Shown here in pieces: positions 49,561 through 60,830 of a DNA stretch of 64,000 bases. The number at the start of each line of letters is the position of its first letter. Position 1 is the first letter of the stretch. This stretch comes from Raillietiella orientalis. Its lineage: Eukaryota. The translations under genes and the position numbers were made by a program. The notes beneath the pieces were generated by a model. It had not been told where the DNA came from and searched no databases. It saw nothing but the letters and a program-made list of their open reading frames with translations. The stretch covers positions 1,736,001 to 1,800,000 of the forward strand of contig JAYWIR010000002.1 in assembly GCA_036172245.1 (NCBI GenBank), written 5' to 3'.

Positions 49561-51029
49561 CTGCGCGGCCCGCCATACCCTTGGGGAGATGCAAGCGTAG
49601 CGGAGGGAGGGAGGCCACGACTGTGGCGATTCCCTCCAGACCGCCTCGTGTGGAAGGGGGAGTCCTCGCCGGCGTCCTGCTCCGGTTCCAGGACGAAGGA
49701 GCCACCTTAAGTCTGCTCCCCTGTCCTCTTTCCTTCTCTCATCTTCCCCTCCCTCTTCGAGTCACCGACCCGCGTTCCCAGCGGACCCTCCTTCCGTGTT
49801 CCCCTTTCGTTCCTTTCTCTTGCCCTTGCGTTCCCAACTCGCTTGCTCTTTTTACTGAGCGGATGGCCCGGCAGGGACGGGTGAGAAATCCTCGGCGGGT
49901 GTTTGATGGCCACTTGACCGCTGCCGTCGGGCAAGGATCACGGCGATCCGGAACGCGTTGCATGGGTCCGGAGATGCTCGGTGATCCCTTGATCCGTCGC
50001 CACAGCCCGCGATGGCTGTCCTCTTCGTTGTCATGACTTTTGGGTCCCCCCGCCGTGGACCAGAGCGCAACTAGCGAGGACTCCTTGCCAGAGGGAAGAG
50101 CTTCAGTGACGGCCATCGGACGCAACAGGCGGTGAGGTCGATAAGATCGCGCGCGATAGAGGAGAGCAGCTTTCTCGTGACGAGGTTTGCCGGCATCGGT
50201 CCTCTTGCGCTCGAATCGGTCGGTCTTGCAGCAGCGACGCGCGGCATCAGAGAGAGCTTCCGAGATGAAAATGGGGGAGTAGAAGCATCTGTCGCGTGCG
50301 CGCGGATTCTTCGTCTCGAGTGCTCCGTCACTTCTTCGTGCCGGACCGCGGTCCGTCTCTTAGCAAGGCTGGCTGCATCAGAGCTCTGCTCTCTCCGAGA
50401 ACGCCTGGCTCTGCACAGAAGATGAACGATTCGCGGACGGCTTCCGATGACCTCTGGTGAGAAGAGCTGCGTGTGCTGCTTCGTGCCCTCTCCACGCTCC
50501 TCATCCAGGACGAACGACTGTAGCCAGCACGGAGAAGGGAGGCTGGCGACGAAAGCTCGCCGATCTGCAATCCTTGCTGAGATTCGCGCGAGCGCGGGAA
50601 ATTGTGGGAGCGGTTCTCCTGAGAAACTCGAGCGATGCGGGGGGTGTCTTTGCCGGCCCCTAAGCAGTGGGAACTCCACACCCGTCCCAGAAGGAATGGG
50701 ATCGCATTGATTTCCATTGGGAGCAGTGAAACTCTCTGCTTCAATTTCACGTGGGTGTGCGCACCTGAGCGCCGGTACTGTCCACGACCCCTGCAGCTTC
50801 GCTGACCGAAACGAACCATGGCTGTCCTCGGAAAACCCAGCACGCTGGACGATTCTCAGTGGTTAAAACTGGAAGGAACGAGATGTTCATTCTTTGGGCA
50901 CACTTGAAGAAAAAAAAAAAAAAAGTTCCTATACATGCATTCATACACATGTATAAATGTGTATATATTTTTTTTTTAAAAAAAAAGGAGGTCTTCATAA
51001 GATCCGGAATATTTGGAGAAGAAAAAAAT

Positions 51030-52010
51030 GAGCGACCGACTGGATATTGTTTGCGATCTTTCAGTAGCCGATAATTTTTTGTGTTTATCGATCACCAGCC
51101 ATCCTTCAGGTCCAAAGAGCTACGAAGAGACCCATTTGAGATCTGACTGGGGATTTGCTGTTTTCAGGGAATATTCGATGGGAGGCAGGATGAAGAGACG
51201 ACAGATTAGGATCCGTTTTGGATTCGTGCCAAAAAGAAAACAGGAAAGAAAGGAAAAGGAAAGCATCCACCGGGATGCGACGGAAAATGTCCCCCCGTTT
51301 CCCTTTGCTCTGGCCGACTTGCCTTTTGACGTTCGGCACAGATGTGGCCAGCCTGCTCTGCGGCGCTCCTCTGATTTTCAAACTGGATCCAACTTGTCAT
51401 TTCCGCGAGCTGCCCCTGCACTGCGGCGTCCTCTACACTCGGCTCGAAACTAAAGCGCTCCATACACTGTGTGCAGGCGACGAGCGACGGAAAAGAATGC
51501 CTCCTTGGAGTCTCCGATTTGGTGCCCTTTTGCTCTTTTCCAGCGGGCTGTCGGAATTTTCAAGTGCTTGATAGGAGCGCACAAGGCAGGATTCCCAGTC
51601 CCATCTATCATGAAAAAATCGTGTCTTCCCGGCAAGATGAATTTTCCGCGCCGCCCTCCGAGGGTGCATGGAAACGTCTGCTACGGCCTCCCAGCTCCCT
51701 GTTGACGACCCCGGGAACGAGGCGTTTGAAAGTGTCTCTTCTTGCGTAGTGCAATGTCGCCCACAGTGGAGACCTCGCGCACTCTGCTGCCTCCGTCGAA
51801 TAAGCGCGGCCCCACGAAGCCCGAAGGAACAGCAAGGTGGACGCCGTTCTGATTGTGACCTCCATCTTAAAGAAGGAGGCAAGAGACAGACTCACCTGGG
51901 ACGATCTCATCTTTCCGGGTGGAGCCGCCTCGTTGTCTTATTTACTTCCCACCCCACGCTCACCCCCCTTTCCCTTATTCGCCTTCCCAATGCAGACCTC
52001 GTTGGCTAGC
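51030..52010 (+). mobile_element. Decayed LINE endonuclease end and RT
   Basis: DRLDIV...SDW (RLD/SDH-like), IWCPFAL, LIGAHKAGFPVPSI and NEAFESVS (KAFDSVS-like), in order. Confidence 0.45.
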
Positions 52011-52253
52011 AGGCTGGTTACACGGCACCTGCTCTCTAGTGGTCAAGACTTTGTTTTCAAGGCCAGTAGTGACCTCACGGAAAGGTCGTTGCTATTGACC
52101 TAGGATGATGGAAATCCTCTTCAGTACTTCTGTTTTCGCTGCTTTCCTTCCATCTTTTTTTTGAGGGGAAGGAGAGGGAGGGAGAAGGTTTATGATGTCC
52201 TAACTCTGTCCACGCCACCCGAGGGTGTGTGTTATTCTTCAGGATAGGTTTAT

Positions 52254-53915
52254 CACCCGGTCGCGCAGGAACGTTCATTATAAAAAATAATAAACAAACT
52301 TCTGCAGGACCATCGGTCCTACAAAGTCCTAGAATTTTCGGAACTTGCCGAATGACCGGCACGCAGACAGGCGAGGTTCTCCTCGGCAGCGGAGGGGAGG
52401 GGCAAACAGAAATAAAAGTAAAACAAACAAAATGTATACAAAAAAATCGGGAGGGTTAGGGAAGGGATCACTGTCCACTGGAGGGTATCCACTGCATCCT
52501 TTCCAGGATGCGGGCAAGTTCCTTCTGAGTATATGCCAAGTGGGGCCATCTAGCTGCCGTCCTCATGAAGCTCAGGGTGAAGCAGATGGCGTCCCTATCT
52601 CGCCGTCCTCCTCTCGCGTAGCTCCAGGCCTCCATAATCCCATCTTCGCAGCAGCAAAGAGCTGCTGCGAATGCGGCAGGCAAAAGGGCATCGCTCACGA
52701 AGAGGTGCTCCATCACGTCCCTGGGATTGTCCGTCGGTGCACCACGGGCCGTTCCGTAGTGCAATCACAGGGGCCGGAGGGCAGCACAGTCTATAACAGG
52801 TGCGGAAGGTATTCTCGTTCCTCGCACCCGCAACAGCTGGGGTCCACAGCCCCCCGGATCCAGTTAGAGCAGCGGGCTGTGCACGGGAGGCCCTAGTGCA
52901 ACACTAAAAGTGTTGACTTTTTACCACTTCAAGGGGAGGGTCTGGTTGTTCTTCAGCGCTGAGAGCCACTCGAGGACTTCCTGTGAGATTCCCAGCAGCA
53001 ATAGTCCCTTCGGTGGGCACTTGGGGTCCCAGCGTCCATGAGCTGGCCCGTGGTTTAACCACCTGGTTATCTCGTCTTCTAACTGATTTGGCAACTGACC
53101 TCCCATTTGGCCGGCTGAATACTGCCCAACTCCTCCCTGAGGTAGGGCAGAGTCGAGGTCCTTTCAGCCTATGCACGCGTGGTGGATTGCACGATGACGT
53201 CCTGCAGTGAGCGGTTGCTGTAGAAGGAGTTCAGTAGTCGCTGTCTCATCTCCAGGCTCGCTTCGTTCTCCTGGGCCCTCGTGCGACCGGTTTCCTGCAG
53301 CCAGGCACTACTGTTCGCGGTCGGCAGAGGATCCAACTGTTGGTTCTGGTCAGCTTGACCACTCGCCGGAACTCTAGTCCGCAGCGGCACACGTTGCGTC
53401 TGCGCCGTCGCTCCAGGAACAATGACATTCCCGCGTAGCCGGTGGTTCGCTTGACCAGATATCGTGCGGGCTCACATCAGCTCGTGCTCCACATCTTCGC
53501 CACTAAGGCAAGTGTCCTCCATTGGAGCTACCGCTCCAGGCGCTTCAGCGTCAGGAGGCCGAGGACTCTGTCGCTACGCGGAGTGCACAAGTCCTCCAGG
53601 CGGACTCGGGGTCTCCCTCGGGGCCTCTCTGTGCTCCAGAGGGCGATTCTGAGAAGGTCCTTCGTCCGCCTGGATAGGGGTGCCCCGGTAAGGGACCATC
53701 CTATGAATCCAGGAAGGGCTCCGAAACGTCCCTCTTACGCTTGGGAAAGGAAACCTTCGTCCTGGTTGTCCCCGAAGGGAACCACCTCTTCCTTGTTCTC
53801 TCCGGAGGAGTCTTTCGGAGGGAAGGACGCTCTTCGTTTCTTCTCCAGGAGGAACTCTCCAGGGGACAGGTCCTCCTTAATTCCGGAGGGTTCATTTCCA
53901 ATCCCGGAAGCCAGT
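52254..53915 (-). mobile_element. Decayed LINE: linker, ORF2 C-terminus and 3' UTR
   Basis: TRKRWFPSGTTRTKVSF (linker; third copy of the dispersed repeat), QWRTLALVAK, SWILCRPR, MEHLF, AARWPHL, then the UTR and terminal motif at 52254-52279. Confidence 0.6.
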
Positions 53916-54040
53916 CGACCTTGACATCCAGGGGTTTTCGGCTTTCACCAGTGCCGCACGCGAATGGACCAGCCAGAGTCACCTTGCGGGGGCACTCTAA
54001 ACTCACGATGCACTCCTCATTTCTCGGTATGGAACGTCTT

Positions 54041-54110
54041 TCGGGTGGGGGATTCGAACCCGCAACTCGGGGTGCTGCGCGCGCGGAGGCTGCAGCCACC
54101 GCGGCCGGCT
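54041..54110 (-). mobile_element. tRNA-derived SINE head (degenerate)
   Basis: Perfect Pol III B box GGTTCGAATCC (54050-54060), preceded by GCCGGCCGCGGTGGCTGCAG with an A-box-like TGGC..AG. No full cloverleaf can be folded. Confidence 0.45.
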
Positions 54111-54349
54111 GCCAACGCTGGCCACTGGTTAAGACTTGGTAGGGACTAAAGCCCTGCTAGCGCTGCACGTTTCCTGCTAGCAGCAGGCGTCCCGGAGCCA
54201 CCGGGTGGGAACCAAAACGAAGCATGAGAGATATGCATTGGGAAAACCTCCTTTGTTGCGATTCTTGGAAACGGAAGCTGAGTTTTGGAAACGCTTCGGT
54301 CCGGGAGTGGTAAGCAAACGAGATGTGCATCCAACCCTCGTTTACTTAT

Positions 54350-55650
54350 TCTTGGCCAAATCATGCATGTCAGAACAAGCAGACTGATCTCGACAGGCAT
54401 TCCAGATCGGTCGTCTCCGGGTTTCGAAAACGAAACTCCAGGGCAGCCACGATTCCACTCGCAGGTCAGGAATGGATTGCTGGATGAGCTGCGAATTCAC
54501 TGGGCGAGGAGCGCGTGGCGTTAGCTGCAGCACGGCGCCGTGATTTCGACATGCCAGATTGAAGAATATCAGCTGACTTGGATTCATCAGATGGCATGGT
54601 TTGTCCTCAGCACGTACGGTCAAGCATCCGAAGAGAGTGCTGTAAACGCGTTTTGAACGACCAGGAGGTAGTTGCCACCCGGATACTTTGCTCAAGACTT
54701 TTGACTCCTTCGAGTTGGTCCCGGCAGCGGAAGCATCCATAAGCACTGCAAAACGAAGTGTCCGCCGTAGTGACAGCTCCGTTCCGGTTTGGTCGCTGGC
54801 GACTCGAGATGATTCCGATTCGAGGATTTCGTTGGCAACCCAAGATTCGCGGAAGTGTCGCATCGGGCAGACGGCTGACCTGCTACTGTCTAAGCAACGA
54901 GCATTTAGCGACAGCAACATCAAAACAGTTTCTCCCTCCGAAACTATTGGGGTGAGTAAGCGGAAAAGTACCGTAGGGAACAGGGATGTCCTCCCCTGGT
55001 TTGCGAGAGAATACCAAGGAAGCAGCAGAAAGAATACGGCGAAAGTAACCAGGAAAAGTTGGGTATGGAACGAACTGCAACACCTCCTCAAATGTTCACA
55101 CTCCGCATTTGTGAAAAGCTCGCCGGGCAATCAACCACTGAAACTGCGCGCACACTCGGAACAGGAAGGGGGGGGGGGGGCGTGCAAAGGTTAAAAAATA
55201 GATACATGTATCATTCGTACAACATTGAATATTGTACAGTGCGATTTCTCACATGGACGCCGAAGGCAATCGGAGTTTCCGGCCAGGTATTCAAAAGTGT
55301 TTTTCAACAAGGGACGGATGGAGCCATGAGGAGTTGATGAACTACGCCACGTTGCAAGCAGAAAGCAGTCTCTGCGCATGCGCGCGCAGGGCTCGGAGGT
55401 ACGCATCGGCAAGTGCGCCTTTCTCGGCCACGACCGCGTGTGGGCCCATTGGAAGCTCCCAACCATGCCGGGGAAACGACTTTTCTTAGCAAGAACCAGA
55501 GGGGTTTGCATGCTCTTCGTTTTTTCCTCTCTTGCGAGCAGCCACTCATTGTAAATGTACTCGTTTGGGTGAAGCGCACCAGATGTCATGATGCTGAAAT
55601 TCCCAAATCTGAGAGATGCTTGCCCTTTGGGGAATTGGGGAAGCAGTCGA
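54350..55650 (-). mobile_element. Decayed LINE ORF1 end and endonuclease start
   Basis: VLMLLSLNARCL resembles the ORF2 start motif SLNxRGL. Same orientation as, and upstream of, the 52.3-53.9 kb fragment. Confidence 0.4.
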
Positions 55651-56239
55651 AGCATTTCTGTAATCTGCCTTTTTTTTTGGCGTGACTAATGAGTCGCGAG
55701 CACCCTTCATCTAGATAAATATGGATTTATGTGTTTTGGATTGCAAGGAGTTTCCTAGGAAAATGAGAATCTCTTGCATGTAATTTAGCAATACGGCTGC
55801 ATTCGTTGGTACTTGCTCGCTAAAGTCTGAGGGGGGAGGGGGGATAAAGGAGATCACTTCGAAAGCACGTTTGGATCAAGGTTCTCGGGAAGCGGAAGCA
55901 ACATCTCTGTTTCCTGAGATTCACTAGGAACCCAAGGACTTGGCGTCCTAAGGAAGTGCAGTAACAAACTTGGAAACCTCGACGAGTGGCATGTCGCGTG
56001 CAAATCACGAAACGCTCGCCGGTGTCTGTTCCACATTGAGCAGGAAAAATTGTAAAAGTGTAAGGGGAGTGAGGGAATGACTACTCAACTCCTTTACCAC
56101 TAAGCGATTTGGCAATGTTGGTTCTATCAAAGACACCACGCATGAAACCACCGGATGCAGTAAAGAGCAGACCCGTGCACCGAAAAGCGCTCACAGATCG
56201 AATAACACAGTGGTTAGGAAATGACATGAAACTGAAAAT

Positions 56240-56960
56240 TTTCATTCATAGAAAAGGTCAGCCTGGGAAACCCTCAACTTGAACTTTGGAATAGCTCCTT
56301 CTATCTTCGGAAGTGAGGAGTGTGTAGAAGTTGAGTTCCATCTGATGAAAGATAGAGTCTCAGCGTCCCTTCGGCGGCCCTGTTCTTCTCGCATATACTT
56401 CCATGACGTCTTGCAAGCACTCTTCCACTTGGCGGGAGTCCGCACGTAACGTGGCAGTCACCTTGGCGTTGAGCAAGTGACCCCGTCTGATCTCCAGTTT
56501 GCTGCCTCGTACATGACCGCGTAACCTCATCCAAATCGAGCCTCTCGGACGTTCGGCACGTCCTAGAGGTCCCGAAATCTGCCTGAACTTTTCAGAACGA
56601 AAACCTGTTGCATCGTTTTCAGGCTGCCGGTGTGTGTGCATTTTTCGTGTACACCCCATCCTTTCCATCGGAAACCGCGACATGTTTCAGCCTCGTGGAT
56701 CCGGCTTCCATTCCCTTCTACGCTGACAATTCTCGACGGCTGCTGCTGTTCCCCCTATTTGGTGGCCGTTTCCTCCCTGAGCTTCTTGTATGGTTTTGTG
56801 TACTACACAATCCGTACGTTCGAAGTCTAATGAGTATCACGCATGTACTATATGCAGAAAACATTTCAGGAGAGGAAGTTTGGCGATCCAAATGCTTAGG
56901 AAGAGCCAATTCTGGTCGATCCCCCGGAGTGGTGTCTTCACTATTTGGGGATCGCAGGGA
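56240..56960 (-). mobile_element. Decayed L1/Tx1-like reverse transcriptase
   Basis: HLDRQ...ILIRLRTYGL and NAKVTATL...VEECLQDVMEVYARRTG resemble central and late RT subdomains. Confidence 0.4.
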
Positions 56961-57194
56961 CACCGGCGGCTACACTTGTTATACACGGACCCCTGGTGCC
57001 AACAGTTCGGCCAGATGAAGCAAAGACTGAATCATCCGGGGGGGGTTGCGAAATTGGGAGCGGACTTTGCGAAGTTACCTGTGGCATCTGCACAAGTGTT
57101 TTCTCGCAAGCGACTCAATTTCTTTGGAACGAACGAACAACTGTCACTGAGCGCCGTCCGTCCCGGAGGATCGGAAGCACAGGAGGAACGGCGA

Positions 57195-57200
57195 TTTATT
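57195..57200 (-). terminator. Polyadenylation signal of the coiled-coil gene
   Basis: AATAAA on the minus strand ~30 nt after the TGA at 57229. Confidence 0.6.
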
Positions 57201-57228
57201 GGAAGGGAAGCGGGGAAATGGAAACGTT

Positions 57229-57666
57229 TCAGGCGAAACCTCTGGGGCACTTGCGTACTGAGCACTTTAACCGCTGGATCTCCTCCTTTAGGCACAAATT
57301 CTCCCTCTGTACGTTCTCGTAGTCCTCGCACATCTGCTTCAGGCGGGAGCGAGTGTTTTGCAGGGTTTCCTTCAGCTGGCAGTTGGTGTCTGACAGTTGG
57401 TTCAGGTGAATGCGCATCTTCTTCAGCTCCTTCAGCTCGTTCTTCAGCTGGCACACCTTGGCTTCCAGCTCCCTCATGATGCACTCCTTCTTTTCTTGCT
57501 CTTGGAGTTGGCTCTTGAGCTCCTGGATCTCCTGGTTCAGCTTGCGCACCTTTTCGTTCAGGCACCTGTTGACACGCAGTTCATCTTCCATCTGCTGGTT
57601 CAGGGTGCGGTTGAGGGTCTCCAGTTCCTTGAGCGCTTGCTCAAGCTCGCAGATGCGGTTGCGATC
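57229..57666 (-). CDS. Cys-rich coiled-coil protein, last exon
   Basis: Acceptor CTCTTTTCGAACAG|GAT, phase 0. Encodes DRNRICELEQALKELETL...KCPRGFA* with a heptad pattern. Confidence 0.9.
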   Translation of the reverse strand, partial: DRNRICELEQALKELETLNRTLNQQMEDELRVNRCLNEKVRKLNQEIQELKSQLQEQEKKECIMRELEAKVCQLKNELKELKKMRIHLNQLSDTNCQLKETLQNTRSRLKQMCEDYENVQRENLCLKEEIQRLKCSVRKCPRGFA

Positions 57667-57734
57667 CTGTTCGAAAAGAGCAAGGAGTTGAGCAAGGGGC
57701 GTCGAGGGAAAAGCGCTCAAGCATCTCCGCTCAC

Positions 57735-57848
57735 CATCTCCGTTTGACGCTTCAGGTGCTCTTTTCTCAGTTTCTGGTTTTCTGCCTCCTTCTCGGCATT
57801 AGCAAGTTCCTTCTGAAGACAAGAAATCTGCTCGTGCAGCTGGTTCAC
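57735..57848 (-). CDS. Cys-rich coiled-coil protein, internal 114-nt exon
   Basis: Acceptor CTTCCTCCCCAG|GTG, donor ATG|GTGAGC. Encodes VNQLHEQISCLQKELANAEKEAENQKLRKEHLKRQTEM. Flanking introns are 61 and 68 nt, both phase 0. This exon is absent from the ORF track. Confidence 0.9.
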
Positions 57849-57909
57849 CTGGGGAGGAAGAGCGCCGGTATTTTCCGAAACAGCCTCAGCAACTGGCGGC
57901 AGAGCATAC

Positions 57910-59931
57910 CTTTTTCTCTAAGCAGCTCGCTTTCGATCTGCAAGAATCCCGTTCCTCCGTCAAGCGTCCCAGCTTGCATTCCAGCTCCCGGACCATCTTT
58001 TCCAGGCAGCACTTCTCTTCCTTGATTTGGTCCAGACACCTTAGCTTGTCGCGGAGGTCGTGCACCTGGTTTTCCAGGCGGGACTTCTCGCAGTGCAGCT
58101 CGTTGATCTTGGTCTTGCCTTCGTCCAGGCTTTGCTGCATCGAGTGAATCTTCTCGTCCTTGCATTGGATGTCCTTCTGCATTTGGCACACTTGGTCCTG
58201 GGCGTTGCGGAGTTCGCAGCGGAGGCCCCGGAGCTGTGCCTCGCGGCGCTCCAGGCACGCTTTCACCTCACAGAGTTTCTCCTCCAGCTGGGTAATTGCG
58301 TTCTTTTTGTCCTTCTTCGTCTTCTCCAGCTCTGACTTGAGCCTCTGTGCTTCCATGTTCGCTTCTGCGAGCCGCCTCTTCTTCTCCTCTATCTCGCGGT
58401 GCGCTTCTTCGAGATCCTTGCGCAGCTGGTTGAGCTCCCGTTGCATGCATGCTATGCATTCGTTCTTCTCCCTCAGCTGGCACTTGAGACCCTCGACCTC
58501 CTTCTTGAGGGATGACGCGATGCTCTCTTTCTCCCGTAGCTGGCAGTCCAGGTGGTGGATCTGCTCGATGAGACGCTTCTTGCATTCCTTCAGCTCGCTG
58601 ATTTGGCACTCGCGCTCCCTGGCGGCCTCCTCCAAGCTGCGCACCGTGCACCGAAGCTCCTCCACTTCCTTGGACAGCTCTGACTTCTCCTTCTCTAGGC
58701 GCTTGACCTTCTCCTGTGAGCTGCACTTCTGGTGCTCCAGCTTAAGCTTCAGGTCCAGCATGCTGAGCTCCAGTTTCTTCATCTTCTCGCGGCACTGGCA
58801 CAGCTCCGCTTCGAGAGTCTTCTTCTCCTTGCAGAGGCAGTCGTTCTCGCACCTCACTTTGCGGGCGTCCTCTTCCACCTTCTGGAGCACCTCTAGTTCG
58901 ATGCACTGGGATTCCATCTTCTTCATCTGCACCTTTTTCTCGTGCAGGCCCGACTGGAGGCTGTCGACCTCTTGGCGGAGCTGTCTCTCCCGCTCGCACA
59001 AGCGGCGGTTCTCCTCACGCAAGGAGTTTGCTTCCTGCGTTAGGTCACAGCAGTCCAGCTTCGAGTTCTCGCTGCAGCGCAGCTTCTCTATCTCCGTCTT
59101 CTTCTCGCGAATTTCCCTGGTCAGACACTGGATCTCCTCCTGCATGCGGTTGTTTTCAGATTCCATGCAGTGCAGCCGGGCCCTATACTTGCTCGCCTCC
59201 TTGAGGGCGCGTTCCAGCTCGCAGGGGATCGTCTGGGGGTTCTGGGAGCTCTCACATAAGCGGGTCTTGCACTCCAGAGCGCTCTCAAGAGATGCGATGT
59301 CGCACCTCTGAGCCTGGAGTTGCTTTAGCATGCACTCCTTCTCGGTTCTGAGCGTCTCTATCTCATGGCGGTGGTGTTCTTGTTCCCGGTTGTTGCAAAG
59401 CTTGCAGCGCAGCTCGGCAATCTGTTTGTCCCGCTTCTCGATCGACTGCTTCAGACACTGGAGTTCGGCCTCGTAACGGAAGTTGCGCTCTCTGAGTTTC
59501 TCGTTGTTGGCCTTGCAGTCTGCTATCTGGCGAAGGAGCACACAGTGTCCTTCTTCCATCTTGGACTGCAAATCCTGTATCATGTGGTCCCTCTCGCGTA
59601 GCGTGTCTTTGTAATGCTGCAGCTCCTTGGCGCAAGCATACTGGGAATCGCACAAGTTCCGACTCCCGAAGTCATGATACAGATCCTCCATCTTCGACTT
59701 GGAACACAAGTCCTTATACTTGTAACCCTTGTCTTCTTTATGGCATGGATTCGACATGAGGAAGCATTTCTTGATACCCAGGCCAACGTCGTCGCTCGAA
59801 AGAATGTCGGCTGAATTGCATTCTGGGAACAGAGGAAAGGCATCAAGAGTGAGCCTCACGAAATCGTTCCAATGCAAAGTCCCATCTTCATGGGAGCATA
59901 TAGCAAGTTTTTTGTTTTGAGATTCATTCAT
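57910..59931 (-). CDS. Cys-rich coiled-coil protein, large exon (5' limit 59931 if unspliced, 59822 if spliced)
   Basis: 674 open codons rich in E/K/L/Q/R with heptad periodicity and ~49 Cys by hand count. Donor AAG|GTATGC. Confidence 0.92.
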
Positions 59932-59961
59932 TACAAACGCTCAAGAGATTTAGGTGCGTAC

Positions 59962-60049
59962 CCTTGGTCAATGTTTTGAAGGAATGTCTTGAAGAAGCTC
60001 CTTTGGAGAAATCATCTTGACTCGAGAACGACGTGATTGATCGGACCAT
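59962..60049 (-). CDS. Candidate first exon of the coiled-coil gene
   Basis: GAGATGG start; encodes MVRSITSFSSQDDFSKGASSRHSFKTLTK. The phase-1 donor G|GTACGC joins in frame to the acceptor CCTTTCCTCTGTTCCCAG at 59823. An Inr-like TCAGT lies at 60066-60070. Confidence 0.55.
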
Positions 60050-60349
60050 CTCGCTTCCAAATTTTACTGATGAGAATTCAAATGATTATTATCGGTTTCT
60101 AAACATTCGTTTTATTCAATTCGAAACATACGAAAGCTATTTGAAACCGGTTTTGATGCACTAGACACTACACAAAGATGCAAATTGTAGTTTGGTTGTC
60201 AAAGAAAACGAAATCAGTAATTAAATCGTAAATCGATTCTTTGGTGGAAAGTGAGCAAAACAGTTCTCGACTAGATAACGATAGAAATGCTAAAGCAACT
60301 CCAGAAATCCAGACCTTGAGATTTTGTTTTTTGTTTTTTCCGACTCCAT

Positions 60350-60830
60350 AACGTGAAAGCATGGGAAGAATCGGAAAAGATTTCAAACATTGCAAAATTT
60401 CGTTGGCATATCGCACACACGGAAGGAATCCCTCCAGCACACATCCCTGGAACCTCCACAGCAATCGTGCAGAATGTGGTCAGCAGCATTACAGCCGAAA
60501 TGGGGATAGGCAGCAGAAAACGAAAGGCAGCATGTCTTTTTTCGCACGATGCTTCACCTGCAGCAGATTCAGCCCGAATCTGCGCTACTCTGGTATCCCG
60601 GAGCTCAGCAAGATCCAAACACCGCTGCGTACTTTCCCCATCTGAGCGATTTCAGGGATGCGTCTTCATAGAGTTTATCGAGATCCATAGTTGTTGCAGA
60701 TCGTCACTGTTCGGGAAAGGCTACGTGTACATCCGCTCAGAAGCGATGGCCCTTTGGTAGCACAACTGTCGTGGTTCTCATTCGTGTACAGCCTCGTACA
60801 AGTATGCAAACAAACAAGAGAACCGAAGCT
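60350..60830 (+). mobile_element. Decayed L1/Tx1-like reverse transcriptase
   Basis: HIPGTSTAIVQNVV...KAACLFSHDASPAADS (PGRS..N and SLD.EKAFD-like). Its end is homologous to 62990-63088. Confidence 0.45.

Noticed and set aside
52983..53210. Plus-strand peptide resembling Penelope RT (IVPSVGTWGPSVHELARGL)
   Set aside because: The minus strand gives an ordered series of L1-type C-terminal motifs leading into the shared UTR, which is a better-supported reading.
54041..54110. Functional tRNA gene
   Set aside because: Only the B box is intact; no acceptor, D or anticodon stems can be folded. Kept as a SINE head.
75..57000. Numerous 100-400 aa ORFs rich in R/P/G/S in the ORF track
   Set aside because: They overlap on both strands, are low-complexity and carry no domain motifs, as expected from stop-codon scarcity in GC-rich DNA. 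Only segments with splice sites and family motifs were kept.
57720..57910. Frameshift or pseudogene between the 681-aa and 163-aa coiled-coil ORFs
   Set aside because: Fully explained by two short phase-0 GT-AG introns (61 and 68 nt) around a 114-nt exon.
57229..59931. Assigning a known gene name (myosin, paramyosin, lamin, SMC, golgin) to the coiled-coil protein
   Set aside because: No motor, ATPase, intermediate-filament consensus or GRIP motif is visible, and heptad composition alone is not diagnostic.
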